In this document: one piece after another, positions 8,648 through 19,052 of the stretch | Position numbering within the stretch: position 1 is the first letter of the stretch | Layout of the letters: every line of letters starts with the position of its first letter | DNA from: an uncultured delta proteobacterium | GTDB taxonomy: Bacteria > Bdellovibrionota > FAC87 > UBA2466 | Direction: 5' to 3' | Assembly: GCA_963778115.1 (NCBI GenBank) | Contig: CAVZSV010000004.1 | Span: 800,001-864,000 of the forward strand | DNA length: 64,000 bases | Program-made: the position numbers and the translations under genes | The notes under the pieces: generated by a model | Told to the model about the DNA's origin: nothing | Databases searched by the model: none | Seen by the model: the letters and a program-made list of their open reading frames with translations, nothing else

Positions 8648-9991
8648 TTATCGATCGGCATTATTCTTATTATCGTGACTCTTTTTCTTATCCGCACCAG
8701 TAGATCCGCTAACCGTACTATGGACGATAAGTCCCGTCGCGGCGGTAGTGAGTGCAGCAAGGCCGAGTTTTTTAAGAACTGCATTTGCGGGGGCGGCTAC
8801 GGTATAGGCCTCTTGCAAAGGTGATATCAGGCAGTGATTTTTCGGATTGAACAGGGTTTCAAACGCTTTACGGGGGAGCCGACCTGACTCCACCAATTCA
8901 GCCATCTTGGCAATGAAGCTCTCCGCCGTTCGCTTGTCTGCTTCTTTAAAAAAGTTTTCTGCGCTAAGTCCCTTTCTTGTGAGGGCTTCGGTAATGGCTT
9001 CTTTAAGTTGCGCGTTAGTGCCTTTAACCTGGGTCCAGTCGCCTTCCCAATCTTTCGGGACAAAAGCGCTCAGATCTATTCCTTGGGCATGCGCCAATTC
9101 AATTAGCGTTTGTCGCGCCGAGGAAGAGAACGCTTTTCCCAGAACTTCGGCTCCTCCCATCACCCGGGGGGAATCTTGAGCGGCCGCTTCACGCTCTATC
9201 GTTTCCAAATCTCTGGGAATTTCTCCCGGCTTCGAATGGTCACGCACCACTTCCAACAGGGTATTGCAGGCGGCCTCTTCCTCGGAAGTCATCTTCTTTG
9301 CCGTTAGATCGCTAGCTCCTTTTTGCTGTCCCTTTTTGTAATTTGCCAAAGTGTTATAGCCATTAGTGAGATCGGACATCTCTTTAGGGGTTCGTCGTCC
9401 CGTATTAGCCCACTCCTGCACACCTTTGGCGACGTCGGGATCTCCGCTTTTGCCCACCCACTTGCCCACGGCATCGGTCAGTTCCTGCTGTTGGGCCCCC
9501 ATGCTTTCGCTTCGGGTAAGGGCCTCAAGCATTCTTGGAGAGGCTTTAGTGGTGGGATCTTTCACTCGGGCGGAGAGATCTCTTAAGGTTGAGTCCTCAA
9601 CACCCGCGGTACGATCCAAAACGTTGTAGAATTCATTATAGTGTTGGGTGAAAAGACCTTCACGCGCAGCGCGCTTTTCCGCCTCGGTCGCTAGCTTCGG
9701 ATTTCTTTCAATCGTCTCTAATCCTTTTAACATCTGATCGATGCGCTTGCCTTCTTCCGACGAAAGACCTGTTCTCGCCTTAGCCCCGCGAGCCTCGGTG
9801 ATAAAATCTCTTACTAGTTCGGGGGAGTCGGCGAATCGTTCCGCAAGCTCTATCGACCGGTACAGTCGAACGCGCCCTTCGGGAATTGCTTCGTCCACGG
9901 TTGCCGCATAAACTATTGGCAACCCCATTCCACAAAGCAGACCCACTGTGATGATAATTCGCGCGTGTCGTTGTCGAAGGCCTAACCCCAT
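8648..9991 (-). CDS. Hypothetical secreted protein with C-terminal hydrophobic segment
   Basis: AAGGAGG SD before the ATG at 9991; N-terminal signal peptide; LGLAALTTAATGLIV near the C-terminus. Confidence 0.7.
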   Translation of the reverse strand: MGLGLRQRHARIIITVGLLCGMGLPIVYAATVDEAIPEGRVRLYRSIELAERFADSPELVRDFITEARGAKARTGLSSEEGKRIDQMLKGLETIERNPKLATEAEKRAAREGLFTQHYNEFYNVLDRTAGVEDSTLRDLSARVKDPTTKASPRMLEALTRSESMGAQQQELTDAVGKWVGKSGDPDVAKGVQEWANTGRRTPKEMSDLTNGYNTLANYKKGQQKGASDLTAKKMTSEEEAACNTLLEVVRDHSKPGEIPRDLETIEREAAAQDSPRVMGGAEVLGKAFSSSARQTLIELAHAQGIDLSAFVPKDWEGDWTQVKGTNAQLKEAITEALTRKGLSAENFFKEADKRTAESFIAKMAELVESGRLPRKAFETLFNPKNHCLISPLQEAYTVAAPANAVLKKLGLAALTTAATGLIVHSTVSGSTGADKKKSHDNKNNADR

Positions 9992-10063
9992 GACATCCTC
10001 CTTAGCAATCAAAGTACAAATCAAAGAAAAGAATAAAGAAAAAAACTATTCCGTGGCCCAATC

Positions 10064-10072
10064 ATTATAGCA
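10064..10072 (-). promoter_or_regulatory. Extended -10 sigma70-type promoter for the gene starting at 9991
   Basis: TGcTATAAT on the minus strand in the intergenic region. Confidence 0.5.
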
Positions 10073-10100
10073 GAAGGGTTAGGAGTGGTGATCGAAGTTT

Positions 10101-13100
10101 TCAATTGTTTGAAGGGGTTGCCACATGCCTGCGACGCACACTATCCAAATATCGACGCCACGCGGTTTGGTAGGAGAGGTTCGAATTGGTTTTTCGCACT
10201 ATGGCAAAATATTTCATAAACTGATCCGTTCTTCGCGCATCGCCTGTTACTTGCTGCGTTAAGCTTTGTACCACCTCCAGGTAATTCTCATCCCCATTAA
10301 GAGCCAGAATATCTTCGGGAGTCAGCCTCTTTTCATTCACCAAACGCAGTTGCTCCGCCGGATTAGTGGGAAGGCTATTGGTATAGTCATTTAATAAAAC
10401 ATCCCACTGATCCGCTGGCGTTTCTCCGTTGGTAGGCGCGGCACGATAGCGATTCGAGAACTCAGCCAGTCTTTGCCCATCCAGTCCTTTCTCTCGCGCC
10501 GCAGCGAACAATAAAGTGTTCTGCTCCTCATCATTACTAGTAGGCCCCATGGGTGGACGGAAACGAATATAAGCTTCCGGCTTTAGGGATACTAATTCGG
10601 CGGCCCATAGATTTCGCTTCGCTGCCAGGGAAGGATCATTCCCTTCGGGATCACCACTCCCGGCTTCTGGAAGCGAAGCAAGATCTTTTTCGATAGTCTC
10701 GGTGGCCGCCTTAGTCACTTCCGAGAAATTATGTTGTAACGATTGGCGCGGGCTTGTTCCCTCTTTGATCAATTGAGAGATGGCCACCTGAAGTCGCTCT
10801 GGAGTTAGCCTCATGTTATTAGCCATCCACTTAAGGGCCTTTGCGCTTTCTCCTTCGGGGGTTGTTTCGGCCGATTTCGCCATACCGTCCATCTCTTTCA
10901 AAGACATTTGTCCAAAAGCCGCTTGGAGCAACTGCGAAGCTTGAGTCGGCCTCTTACCGAACCGTTGCAAAAACCTATCGAAAGCGGATGGCTCCGCGGC
11001 CTCTCCAGCTCGTTGCGCGATCTCCACAAAAGTCGGTGTCACCTCTCCCGGCAGGTGAGGAGCCGCTAATGCAGTAAGCTCCTTTCTAAGCCGAGACATG
11101 GATGCCATTCGTACCGCCTGCGAAGCAAAGTAACTGTGCGGCCCCACTTCCGCGAGCATACTCTGTGCGATGGTGCTGAAGTATCCCGTCTCAGCGAGCT
11201 GCTTGTCTATCTCAGCGAGATCCGCTTTGAGTTGAATCGCTTCGGATCCTCTTGCCCCTTTGAGTTTCTCTTCAAGAGAATCTTTCCGCGTTTGGAGTGC
11301 CGTTCTCATTTTATTCACTTCATAGGCCGTCATTCCAGCGGTAATAGACTGATTAGTCCCGAAAGAAAGAAGCCATTGCGCCCATTCGTTGTCTTTGAAA
11401 AAAGAGATTCCGGCTAACTTCTGGTCCAGAGCAAACATCAACATGGCAGTCTGCCCGGCTGACATCAAAGAGGTCTTAAGACTGTCGCCCCAATCCATTC
11501 GGCTGCCATCGTGAATGGAATTATAAACGTCGGCCCCCATGTGAGTGCCGAAAGCGCCTCCAAACATCCCCAGCATCTGAGCCGAAGTTTCGCCAAGTGC
11601 TAACTGAGCCTGCAATACCGCTCCTAGTCCTGCGCCCGCTCCGAATGTCGCCCCCGATTTAAGAATTCCTGGCCCTTCCGCACTCCAATTAAAATTCTTA
11701 TCTGGGTTAAATCCTAGCAGTGGGATGTATTCCCGCTTAACGATATCTCCGCCAAGGTGTAAACCAGCACCAAATGCCGCACTATGAAGTACTTTTGCAA
11801 GTAACGCTGCTTGTCCCACTCCCGGAATAAAATTAGAGGCGATAAGAGCGGCTGTCGTAGCGGTGGAGACGCCTCGCCAGTACTCGTCATTTTGAATGTT
11901 CTTGATCGTCTGATTCACGTCGACGATGACACCATTCTTGTACTCACTCTCATAATGGTTACCCAAGAACTTGGAAGGTAACGGGACTCCTAAGCCGTCC
12001 GGATCGACGGAGATAGTTCCAAACCTCTTGAGGGCTGCTACATTATCCAAGATTCCCTGCATATTTTTGCCTAGATCCTTATGCATGGCGTAGCGGGTTC
12101 CGAGAAAGTAGTCGTGCATCTGCTGAAAACCGTAAGCATGATTGGATTCGTATCGGAGATCTTTTAACTTCTCCGAATTTTGGTTTCTAGTCTCTTTTGC
12201 CGCTCTTGCAATGAGATTCGCCTGCTTTCGAAGCGGGGCCGCATCTTCAAATACGAAGTGGTACTCCCCGTCCTTGTTACGAGAAACCCTAACGGCAATA
12301 TCCAGGGAAGGATCTAGATCCTTGATGTGTCCGTTCTCGTCTATCGGTCCTTGGGGGTGGTGAAGCTCTAATACTTCGGGCAGCCCTTCTTGTTGCCACC
12401 TTCCCACCAAAGCTCTCTTCAACGCATTCCAAGACGATTCCGTCTCTTGTCCGGGCTCCGCGCGGGAGACTCCGATAAACGGCGTGTACTCGTCCAAGAC
12501 TTTTTTCAATTGGACTTCGTCGACAGGTAATTTCAACTTGAGCGGATCCGGATTTTCGGGATCGATGCCGTAGGGACTTACCTTAGCAAGGGCTTCACTT
12601 TTCCCATCGAGAAACGCTTTCTGCGCCTTGCCTACTTCTCCTATTATCGACGCCAAATCCGCTTCCTTCAGTGGGTACCCAGCAGCACCGGACTTTGCCT
12701 CAGCGAGCAGTTTTTGGTAACGGGGATCTTGATCGGGATTAGAGGCATTCGCCAAAATTTTTCCGAGCCGCTCCGCCTTTTCGCGCCATTCAAAATACTG
12801 ATGGTTTCTTCTCACCAAAAGATCTTTGGTCCCCTGCAAAGGAGTACTCTTTATTTGTGAGGAGAGGAAGTCGTCCAAGGTCTTCGGGCCTAAATCGCGA
12901 TTATCAGGGTTCGAGAATTTTTCATTAAGCGCTTTCGCTCTTTTCGCGAAATTCCCATCGTTCAACACCGCCGTTTTTTCGTGCTCCTTAAGCTGCTTGG
13001 CCAGTAAAGTTAACTCTTCGTTCATCTGCTTAAGAGCGGCCCTGTCGGCAGCCATTCTTTGTAACTTCAGTTCCCGTTGTTCGGCGGGAATCGCTTTATC

Positions 13101-16100
13101 CAAAAATTCGGGCTTTTTGACAAGTTCATCATCATCTTTGATCTTCTGCAGAAGCGGTTCACGCTCCTGCATGATTTCACCCATCCGATTTCGGGTCACA
13201 ATCTGCTGAAACTGAGTTTCGTCGAGAGACTTTTCCCTTTCCTTGGCCAATTCCTCGTAGGCTCGCTCGCGAGGGGTATTCTTGGCGTCTTGGCGCTCTT
13301 GCTTCCACCGGCTCCATAAATTTTCTAGTGAGCGAGCAGTGGGAGCTTTGCCCCCTGAAGTCATCTCTGAAAATCCGAGCAGCGCCTGCACTCGGTTCGT
13401 ATCGTCGTGAACATACGCACGGGGAAACGTCCGGTTCATCGTTTCATGAGTGGGAACCAAAGCTCTTTGCTCGACGGGCAGCTTAGCCAAAGCTCTGTCG
13501 TAAGCGGTCAACCAAGGGAGTAAGAGCCTCGTGTCGGCGGTGGAACTTGCCGCCATCAAGTTCCGATGCTCTTGCATGAGCAGCGGAATAAATTTATCCA
13601 TGGCCTCTTTGACTTCGGGTTTATCCCCGTGGTCGAACTCAGCCTGTTTTCGAAGGAACTTGTCGATAGAGGCCGCCGGATTGCCCAAGGCCTTTCTCAC
13701 TTTCTTCAAGAAAAGATCGACATCGGGATTTGAAAGAACCGCTTTTATCTGTTTGTCTTTACCCCCGTCCGAAGCAAAATTCTTGCTCTGAGCGACTAAG
13801 GCCGACATCTGTCCTAGGATGGGCTTCCAATCTTTTCCTGGATGTTTCTTTTTAAAGTCCTCGATAAGCTCTAAAGTAATCTCATTTCTTACCTCGTCCT
13901 CGGCCTTACCCACAAACTCCTGGATGTGAGAAATCATTCTCTTTTGATAAGCCCCCTTCGCCCCGTTTTCTTCCGACAATAAAGCGGCGCGATCTTCCGC
14001 GTCTGGCCTCCATTCCCGCTGCAATCTGTCCTGAGCGATACTTAAGAGTTGGCCGCGGTGTTCAGGGTTTATTCTGCCGGTCTCTCGGATATCTTTCTTA
14101 ATTTGGTTCCTATATTCGGCCAAATCCAAATTAGCCAGGTTTTCGTATTCAAGCTCCTCGGGTGCTACGGTAGCCACTACTTGCCGAAGCTGCTCGGAAC
14201 TGCCTCCTTGGATGATCGCATCAAAGGCTTGTCTGTGATCGTCTTTCTTTACTTCAGGAGCATTTTTCACCAGGCGGTCCTCAAGCACTTGAGTCAAGTG
14301 AAGATCATCGCCACTCATCTGGTAAATTCTGGCCCTGGCCGGGGCGGAAAGCCCCCGAGAAAGATCAGTTGGTTTGGAGGGAGCCAAATCCAACAGATGC
14401 TGCAAATATTTCTTCTGGGCTACCGTCGCTTTGGCCTCGGCTTCGGCGGTCGATCTTAAAATCTGGGAAAGCTTCATAGGGTTGAAACGCTCAGAGCCGC
14501 CCTTGGCGGCCTCCTTAAATTTGGCGACCTCCCCTTCATCTTTGTCTCCCCGCTCATCGATAGCCGTGATGAGAAAGGTGAGTAACTGAGCCGCTTGATT
14601 GCCCCAGCTTTCGTCACGAAGGGTTTTCCCTTTCATGGATTCGAACCCTTTCAGTCTATTTTCGACCCCTTTGTTGTCCGTACTTGCTTCTAAATCCATT
14701 AACGTGTTGACCGCCCAGGTTCGGTAATTCTCAAGTTCCGCCGCTTTCAGTGAGGGCAAATGTTCGACCAAGCCGGCAAGATTTTTGTAAGGTCTAAAAA
14801 TCGAATTTCCATCGCCTTCGAACTGATGAAAAATGGCTCTTTCCTGGAGGTTGGGATTTCCTGGATCTGCTTTATACGCGTCAAGCAGTGTCTGCAGCCG
14901 GCGAGCATAAAGTTTGCTGGCCGTGGGATCACTCGCTACGAAGCTCAAAATTTTTCCCGGCCAAGGCGTTTGGATCAATTTCGAAGCTTCTCGATAAAAC
15001 CCCTCGGGATATGTCAGATCGTCCGCGTTTTTCCCCCGCGAATGGGCTATGGTATCTACAATGTCATAGAGAACGGGAGGCAACTCCTTTAGCGCTGAGC
15101 GAGTCTGGCCTGGCAGCCCGGAGAATCTTGTCGCTGGAAGAGAATCATTGGGAGGTTCCGTATGGGAATCTTTGGCAGCCTGTTTCGCCTCTCTCTGTCG
15201 GATCAGATTCTGATACCGGACCCCATTTTCGAAACTTCTAATAAAGTATTCAAACTGTCCTAACCCCGAGTTGAGGATATCGCGGGTGGTACCCTCGGGT
15301 CCTTTGTGCGAGTTATAGTTGGAATCTTTGATGTTAGTCGCAATATTATTGTGAACGTTTTCACGAAGTCTTTTTGCGTCTAGCTTTGCTATTTCAGCGA
15401 CTTCTCTTTCCAAAGACTTCTTCTCGTCCGGGAAAGGAAATTGAGAGTCAAAACCCTCCGGATCATGTCCTCTTAGACGATTGTCGATGGCGTGAATCAT
15501 CGACTCCAACCCTCGGGCTAAAAGGGCGACTCTTTGTTTGGTCGGCCCTTCTTTTCCAAAAAGGTTGTCGACCTTGAAAGAGCACTCAAGATAGGGACAG
15601 TTCAATAACTTCACATCCGTATTCTTGCCACTTTGAAAGTTACGCAATCGGCTAAGTTCCAAAAGATAGTAATATCTAGCTCGCTCTAGAGTGAGAACTC
15701 CGTCCGTCTCATCTATCATTTTGCTTGAAAACGATTCTAGCTCCTTCACGTCAAGCTTGGGATTTGCAAGCAATTCTCTTTGAACTTTGGGATCTTTGGC
15801 TTCCATTAATGGTTTGAAATAGTTCGTGACGTCGTGATTAACGAGCGTAATCGAACCGTTCTCCCGCTCCCAGATATTAAAATAATCATCGGGTGTCTTT
15901 TGTTGAGCGGTATCCTGACTAGCAATTCGGTCTTTGTCGTTGTGAATCGCCTTTTGAAGCCGTTCCGCCAGTTTCTTCTGCCCTTCTTGAGTCGTGGTTT
16001 CTAACGGAGGATCCCCTGCGGCGCTTCTTGCAAATTCGTGAGCGATAAGACTATCCGGTGCATCCGTCATCAGACTAAGCAACTCTTTAGGCCCATTTTT

Positions 16101-17057
16101 TGTTGCAAGCTGCGCTCGAAAGTGTTTCGGCAGAGCCGGCTCCCAAACCAACCGCTTGGTCGGATTGGAGGAAGGAAAGTTACGATAATAGGTTAGAAGT
16201 CCCTTATAGAGATCGCGCTGTTCTTTGGTTCCATGGACAAGCTTACTGATCCAATCTTTGGCATCCGCGCTTTTCCCACGAATTACCATCCTCTGCAGGT
16301 CGGTAGCGGTCTTGGCTACTGGCCCCTTAGCATCGTTATAGTCAATATTTAAGGCGTGAGCATTGGCATCCAGGCCAAAAAATTTCCGAAGGGTGCCCTT
16401 AGCATTGGCCACTTCAGTCGCGTATTTAAATTCGTCCTGCCGCTGAGCCGCCAGCTTACCGTTCATCGGATTATCTTCCGGTGAGATATTGAGAAGTGCC
16501 CCCACGATCTTTCCGTAAGCCGGAGAACAGAGATTTTTTGCCAACGCCTGCTGGAGGCTATAAGGAGTGGGCTCCCCCCATAGGATAGTTCGCAGCTGAG
16601 TGGCGGCGTAGCGCTCTTTGGTCTGCGGTGGATTTTTCTTTACACGATCTTCTTCCGCCTTTCCCTTAAAGTAATTAAATACGTAATGCTCAAAAGCTTC
16701 GTTGGAAGCCAAAGCAATTTCTGGAACTTCCGGCAGAACAAAAAACGCTCCCCCTGGACAAGGAACGGAGATTTTTACCGTGGAGCCCAGTCCAATTTCT
16801 ACTTTGGTCTTTGGCCTTAGTTCGTAATAGAGCAGCTTCTCTAACTTCTCTTTGACGCTGCGATTGGCGTCGGCCAGATGATTTAGTTCATTGGCATTGG
16901 GAGTCTGATTCACGGCTGCCTTAGTGGCTTCTGGCTCTAGTTCCTTGCCTTCCCTATCATGGGCTTTTAGAAGCGCTTCGAGCCGCTTCCGACTTGTCCC
17001 ATCCAGAGGAGTCTTATCCTTCTCCCGGGACTCTATCTCTTTGCTCAAAAGAATCAT
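10101..17057 (-). CDS. Giant hypothetical protein, C-terminal part (2318 aa), helical with a Gly/Ala-rich hydrophobic cluster
   Basis: 7-kb open frame; no signal peptide or properly spaced SD; overlaps the upstream ORF by 44 nt, so probably its frameshifted continuation. Confidence 0.75.
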   Translation of the reverse strand: MILLSKEIESREKDKTPLDGTSRKRLEALLKAHDREGKELEPEATKAAVNQTPNANELNHLADANRSVKEKLEKLLYYELRPKTKVEIGLGSTVKISVPCPGGAFFVLPEVPEIALASNEAFEHYVFNYFKGKAEEDRVKKNPPQTKERYAATQLRTILWGEPTPYSLQQALAKNLCSPAYGKIVGALLNISPEDNPMNGKLAAQRQDEFKYATEVANAKGTLRKFFGLDANAHALNIDYNDAKGPVAKTATDLQRMVIRGKSADAKDWISKLVHGTKEQRDLYKGLLTYYRNFPSSNPTKRLVWEPALPKHFRAQLATKNGPKELLSLMTDAPDSLIAHEFARSAAGDPPLETTTQEGQKKLAERLQKAIHNDKDRIASQDTAQQKTPDDYFNIWERENGSITLVNHDVTNYFKPLMEAKDPKVQRELLANPKLDVKELESFSSKMIDETDGVLTLERARYYYLLELSRLRNFQSGKNTDVKLLNCPYLECSFKVDNLFGKEGPTKQRVALLARGLESMIHAIDNRLRGHDPEGFDSQFPFPDEKKSLEREVAEIAKLDAKRLRENVHNNIATNIKDSNYNSHKGPEGTTRDILNSGLGQFEYFIRSFENGVRYQNLIRQREAKQAAKDSHTEPPNDSLPATRFSGLPGQTRSALKELPPVLYDIVDTIAHSRGKNADDLTYPEGFYREASKLIQTPWPGKILSFVASDPTASKLYARRLQTLLDAYKADPGNPNLQERAIFHQFEGDGNSIFRPYKNLAGLVEHLPSLKAAELENYRTWAVNTLMDLEASTDNKGVENRLKGFESMKGKTLRDESWGNQAAQLLTFLITAIDERGDKDEGEVAKFKEAAKGGSERFNPMKLSQILRSTAEAEAKATVAQKKYLQHLLDLAPSKPTDLSRGLSAPARARIYQMSGDDLHLTQVLEDRLVKNAPEVKKDDHRQAFDAIIQGGSSEQLRQVVATVAPEELEYENLANLDLAEYRNQIKKDIRETGRINPEHRGQLLSIAQDRLQREWRPDAEDRAALLSEENGAKGAYQKRMISHIQEFVGKAEDEVRNEITLELIEDFKKKHPGKDWKPILGQMSALVAQSKNFASDGGKDKQIKAVLSNPDVDLFLKKVRKALGNPAASIDKFLRKQAEFDHGDKPEVKEAMDKFIPLLMQEHRNLMAASSTADTRLLLPWLTAYDRALAKLPVEQRALVPTHETMNRTFPRAYVHDDTNRVQALLGFSEMTSGGKAPTARSLENLWSRWKQERQDAKNTPRERAYEELAKEREKSLDETQFQQIVTRNRMGEIMQEREPLLQKIKDDDELVKKPEFLDKAIPAEQRELKLQRMAADRAALKQMNEELTLLAKQLKEHEKTAVLNDGNFAKRAKALNEKFSNPDNRDLGPKTLDDFLSSQIKSTPLQGTKDLLVRRNHQYFEWREKAERLGKILANASNPDQDPRYQKLLAEAKSGAAGYPLKEADLASIIGEVGKAQKAFLDGKSEALAKVSPYGIDPENPDPLKLKLPVDEVQLKKVLDEYTPFIGVSRAEPGQETESSWNALKRALVGRWQQEGLPEVLELHHPQGPIDENGHIKDLDPSLDIAVRVSRNKDGEYHFVFEDAAPLRKQANLIARAAKETRNQNSEKLKDLRYESNHAYGFQQMHDYFLGTRYAMHKDLGKNMQGILDNVAALKRFGTISVDPDGLGVPLPSKFLGNHYESEYKNGVIVDVNQTIKNIQNDEYWRGVSTATTAALIASNFIPGVGQAALLAKVLHSAAFGAGLHLGGDIVKREYIPLLGFNPDKNFNWSAEGPGILKSGATFGAGAGLGAVLQAQLALGETSAQMLGMFGGAFGTHMGADVYNSIHDGSRMDWGDSLKTSLMSAGQTAMLMFALDQKLAGISFFKDNEWAQWLLSFGTNQSITAGMTAYEVNKMRTALQTRKDSLEEKLKGARGSEAIQLKADLAEIDKQLAETGYFSTIAQSMLAEVGPHSYFASQAVRMASMSRLRKELTALAAPHLPGEVTPTFVEIAQRAGEAAEPSAFDRFLQRFGKRPTQASQLLQAAFGQMSLKEMDGMAKSAETTPEGESAKALKWMANNMRLTPERLQVAISQLIKEGTSPRQSLQHNFSEVTKAATETIEKDLASLPEAGSGDPEGNDPSLAAKRNLWAAELVSLKPEAYIRFRPPMGPTSNDEEQNTLLFAAAREKGLDGQRLAEFSNRYRAAPTNGETPADQWDVLLNDYTNSLPTNPAEQLRLVNEKRLTPEDILALNGDENYLEVVQSLTQQVTGDARRTDQFMKYFAIVRKTNSNLSYQTAWRRYLDSVRRRHVATPSNN

Positions 17058-18957
17058 TCTCCAAATTCATCGTATGGGTTCTGGGCAGAACCCCTCTACC
17101 ACTTTTGACATCCTTCCCATACGCCTCTTGAAGCTGTTGTAATTGCAGCCATGCTTTGACGGCATTTATCGCTTCGGGGGACGGGGGTTTCTCTCGCGTC
17201 TTGGCATCACAAGCTTCAACCCCGCACAATTGTTGACTGAGACTTTTGCCCAAGTCAGATTTGAGGACACTGTCAAAATAATCCTCCAGCGCCCCAGTCG
17301 TGGGAAACTTCGGTGAACCTGTTTTAGATTCCGCCGCATCCATTTCGTTCCATAAATCTTTTAGAATCTTGGGGCGTTCTTCTTTGATGAACTCGACCGA
17401 TTTCTGCCTGTCGTTGATGGAAAAGAGCTCGGGAGCCAGGTGCGAAAGCTTGGTAGGATCGAACCCCAACGTAGGACCGCTTTTTTCATCTTTAGCGGGA
17501 TTTAGTTTGAGAGCCTGAAAAATTTCTGCGCGGTCCTTTTCTCCCGGATCGTCCTTTGAGTTTAACAATCCACTAAAGAGGGGAATATTACGCAGCTTAT
17601 CTTTGACTCCTTCGTCGTTCGGAGGGTTTATTTGATCGATATCTCTGAAGTCAGAGGCCAGCTGCTTGAAACTGTTGTCTTCCGAAGATCGCGCGTTCAT
17701 TTGCTCTAGCAGTGTAATTTCATCTGGAGTTAGCTCTCGCCCATGCTTATGCGCGATTTCGACAAGGCTTTGAACGGGGCGAGAATCCTTTTGCCGCTCC
17801 ATCTCCTCGGCGGAGTTCGCGCTGTACAAATATTCCATCAGCTTGTCACGGGAATGAGCACGTCTCTTATCTCTGGCGTCTGAACTATCCCGCCCCTGTG
17901 TTTCCAGAGCGCTGTCCCAAAACTCTTTAAGGTCGTCAGTAAAATTCTCAACTTTCTTACGAAGGGGAGGAGCTAGGCCGTGAGGCACATCATTGCGACG
18001 ATGGTTGTACCGACGCACAAAGTTAGCGATCCCACAAAGCCTTCCGTAGTCTCCGCGCTTCTGGGGGTCCGTATTGCACCGGAGTCTTCTTTCTTCTAAA
18101 CGCTGTTTTTCAGCTTCTTGCGTAGTCGGCGTGGGGGGAAGCGTGAACGAGAAAGGTAACTTCTGAGTAAATCCTATGAGTTCGGGAAACTGAATCTCCG
18201 GTTTTGATTCTTGCGTAACAATTTTGGTCGAGTTTTCGTCAAGCCGACGCATCAGCGCTTCTTCGATGAGCGAAAGTTTCAAAAAATTAAGTCCACTGTC
18301 GGTCAGTGATTTCAGACTCGAATCGTTCTTAAGCCAATCCTGCCATGGCTTGGTGCCCGTGCCCGTCGCGCCGTTGACGGTCTGGCTTATAGGCATCCCC
18401 AATTTTATGAGATCGGCCAATTGACTTTGATAGGCATTATCGAAAAGGGCATTACCACCGAACACAGCCTCCCAATCTGTTTCCTGAGCCCCGCGAAGTT
18501 GCCTGGGATCGGTAATCGCTTTGGTGGGAGGATAGAACCTATTATTTTTTCTTCTTTGGTTAATCTCGTTCGCCAGCGCGCTGCGAAATCTCTCAATGCC
18601 GTTGGCTTCGATCAGATCGGCCGAGTAACTCCACGCCAATAGATCGCCGTCGGTCATTCGGGGGACATTTGCCGTCAACTTGTTGAGCGATTCTAAAGTG
18701 GACAGCTGTTTTTGAGTGGACTCAAAGACTGCTCGCTTTGCGTACGATAGATATTCAAAAATTTTATCTAGGGAAGAGATCGAAAAATACCGGACGTCGT
18801 TGAAAAAACTTCTTGAGCATCCGCGAAGAATAGGGGTTGCCGAGTCCCCGCTTTGGGCGCGATCAGAAGCTTCTGAATGGGTCCCTGCCCTAAGGCTTGT
18901 AGCCAAGAACATGCCCATCATAAAAACTAGAAAGGCCATTTTTGAGCGATAGTTCAT
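17014..18957 (-). CDS. Hypothetical secreted protein, probable N-terminal part of the giant protein
   Basis: GAGG before the ATG at 18957; signal peptide MNYRSKMAFLVFMMGMFLATSLRA. Confidence 0.7.
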   Translation of the reverse strand: MNYRSKMAFLVFMMGMFLATSLRAGTHSEASDRAQSGDSATPILRGCSRSFFNDVRYFSISSLDKIFEYLSYAKRAVFESTQKQLSTLESLNKLTANVPRMTDGDLLAWSYSADLIEANGIERFRSALANEINQRRKNNRFYPPTKAITDPRQLRGAQETDWEAVFGGNALFDNAYQSQLADLIKLGMPISQTVNGATGTGTKPWQDWLKNDSSLKSLTDSGLNFLKLSLIEEALMRRLDENSTKIVTQESKPEIQFPELIGFTQKLPFSFTLPPTPTTQEAEKQRLEERRLRCNTDPQKRGDYGRLCGIANFVRRYNHRRNDVPHGLAPPLRKKVENFTDDLKEFWDSALETQGRDSSDARDKRRAHSRDKLMEYLYSANSAEEMERQKDSRPVQSLVEIAHKHGRELTPDEITLLEQMNARSSEDNSFKQLASDFRDIDQINPPNDEGVKDKLRNIPLFSGLLNSKDDPGEKDRAEIFQALKLNPAKDEKSGPTLGFDPTKLSHLAPELFSINDRQKSVEFIKEERPKILKDLWNEMDAAESKTGSPKFPTTGALEDYFDSVLKSDLGKSLSQQLCGVEACDAKTREKPPSPEAINAVKAWLQLQQLQEAYGKDVKSGRGVLPRTHTMNLENDSFEQRDRVPGEG

Positions 18958-18973
18958 GTTCCTCAAATAAGAG

Positions 18974-18990
18974 TGCAACGGCAGTGCCGG
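18974..18990 (-). promoter_or_regulatory. Sigma54 (-24/-12) promoter candidate
   Basis: CCGGCACTGCCGTTGCA: GG-N10-GC with GGCAC and TTGCA. Confidence 0.65.
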
Positions 18991-19052
18991 TAATGGAATC
19001 CGTACCCTCTCTTATCGTCAAAAGAACGTAATAAATTTAATCGCTTAGGTCG

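Noticed and set aside
10841..18952. Numerous plus-strand ORFs within the giant gene
   Set aside because: Antisense shadows of a long minus-strand coding frame
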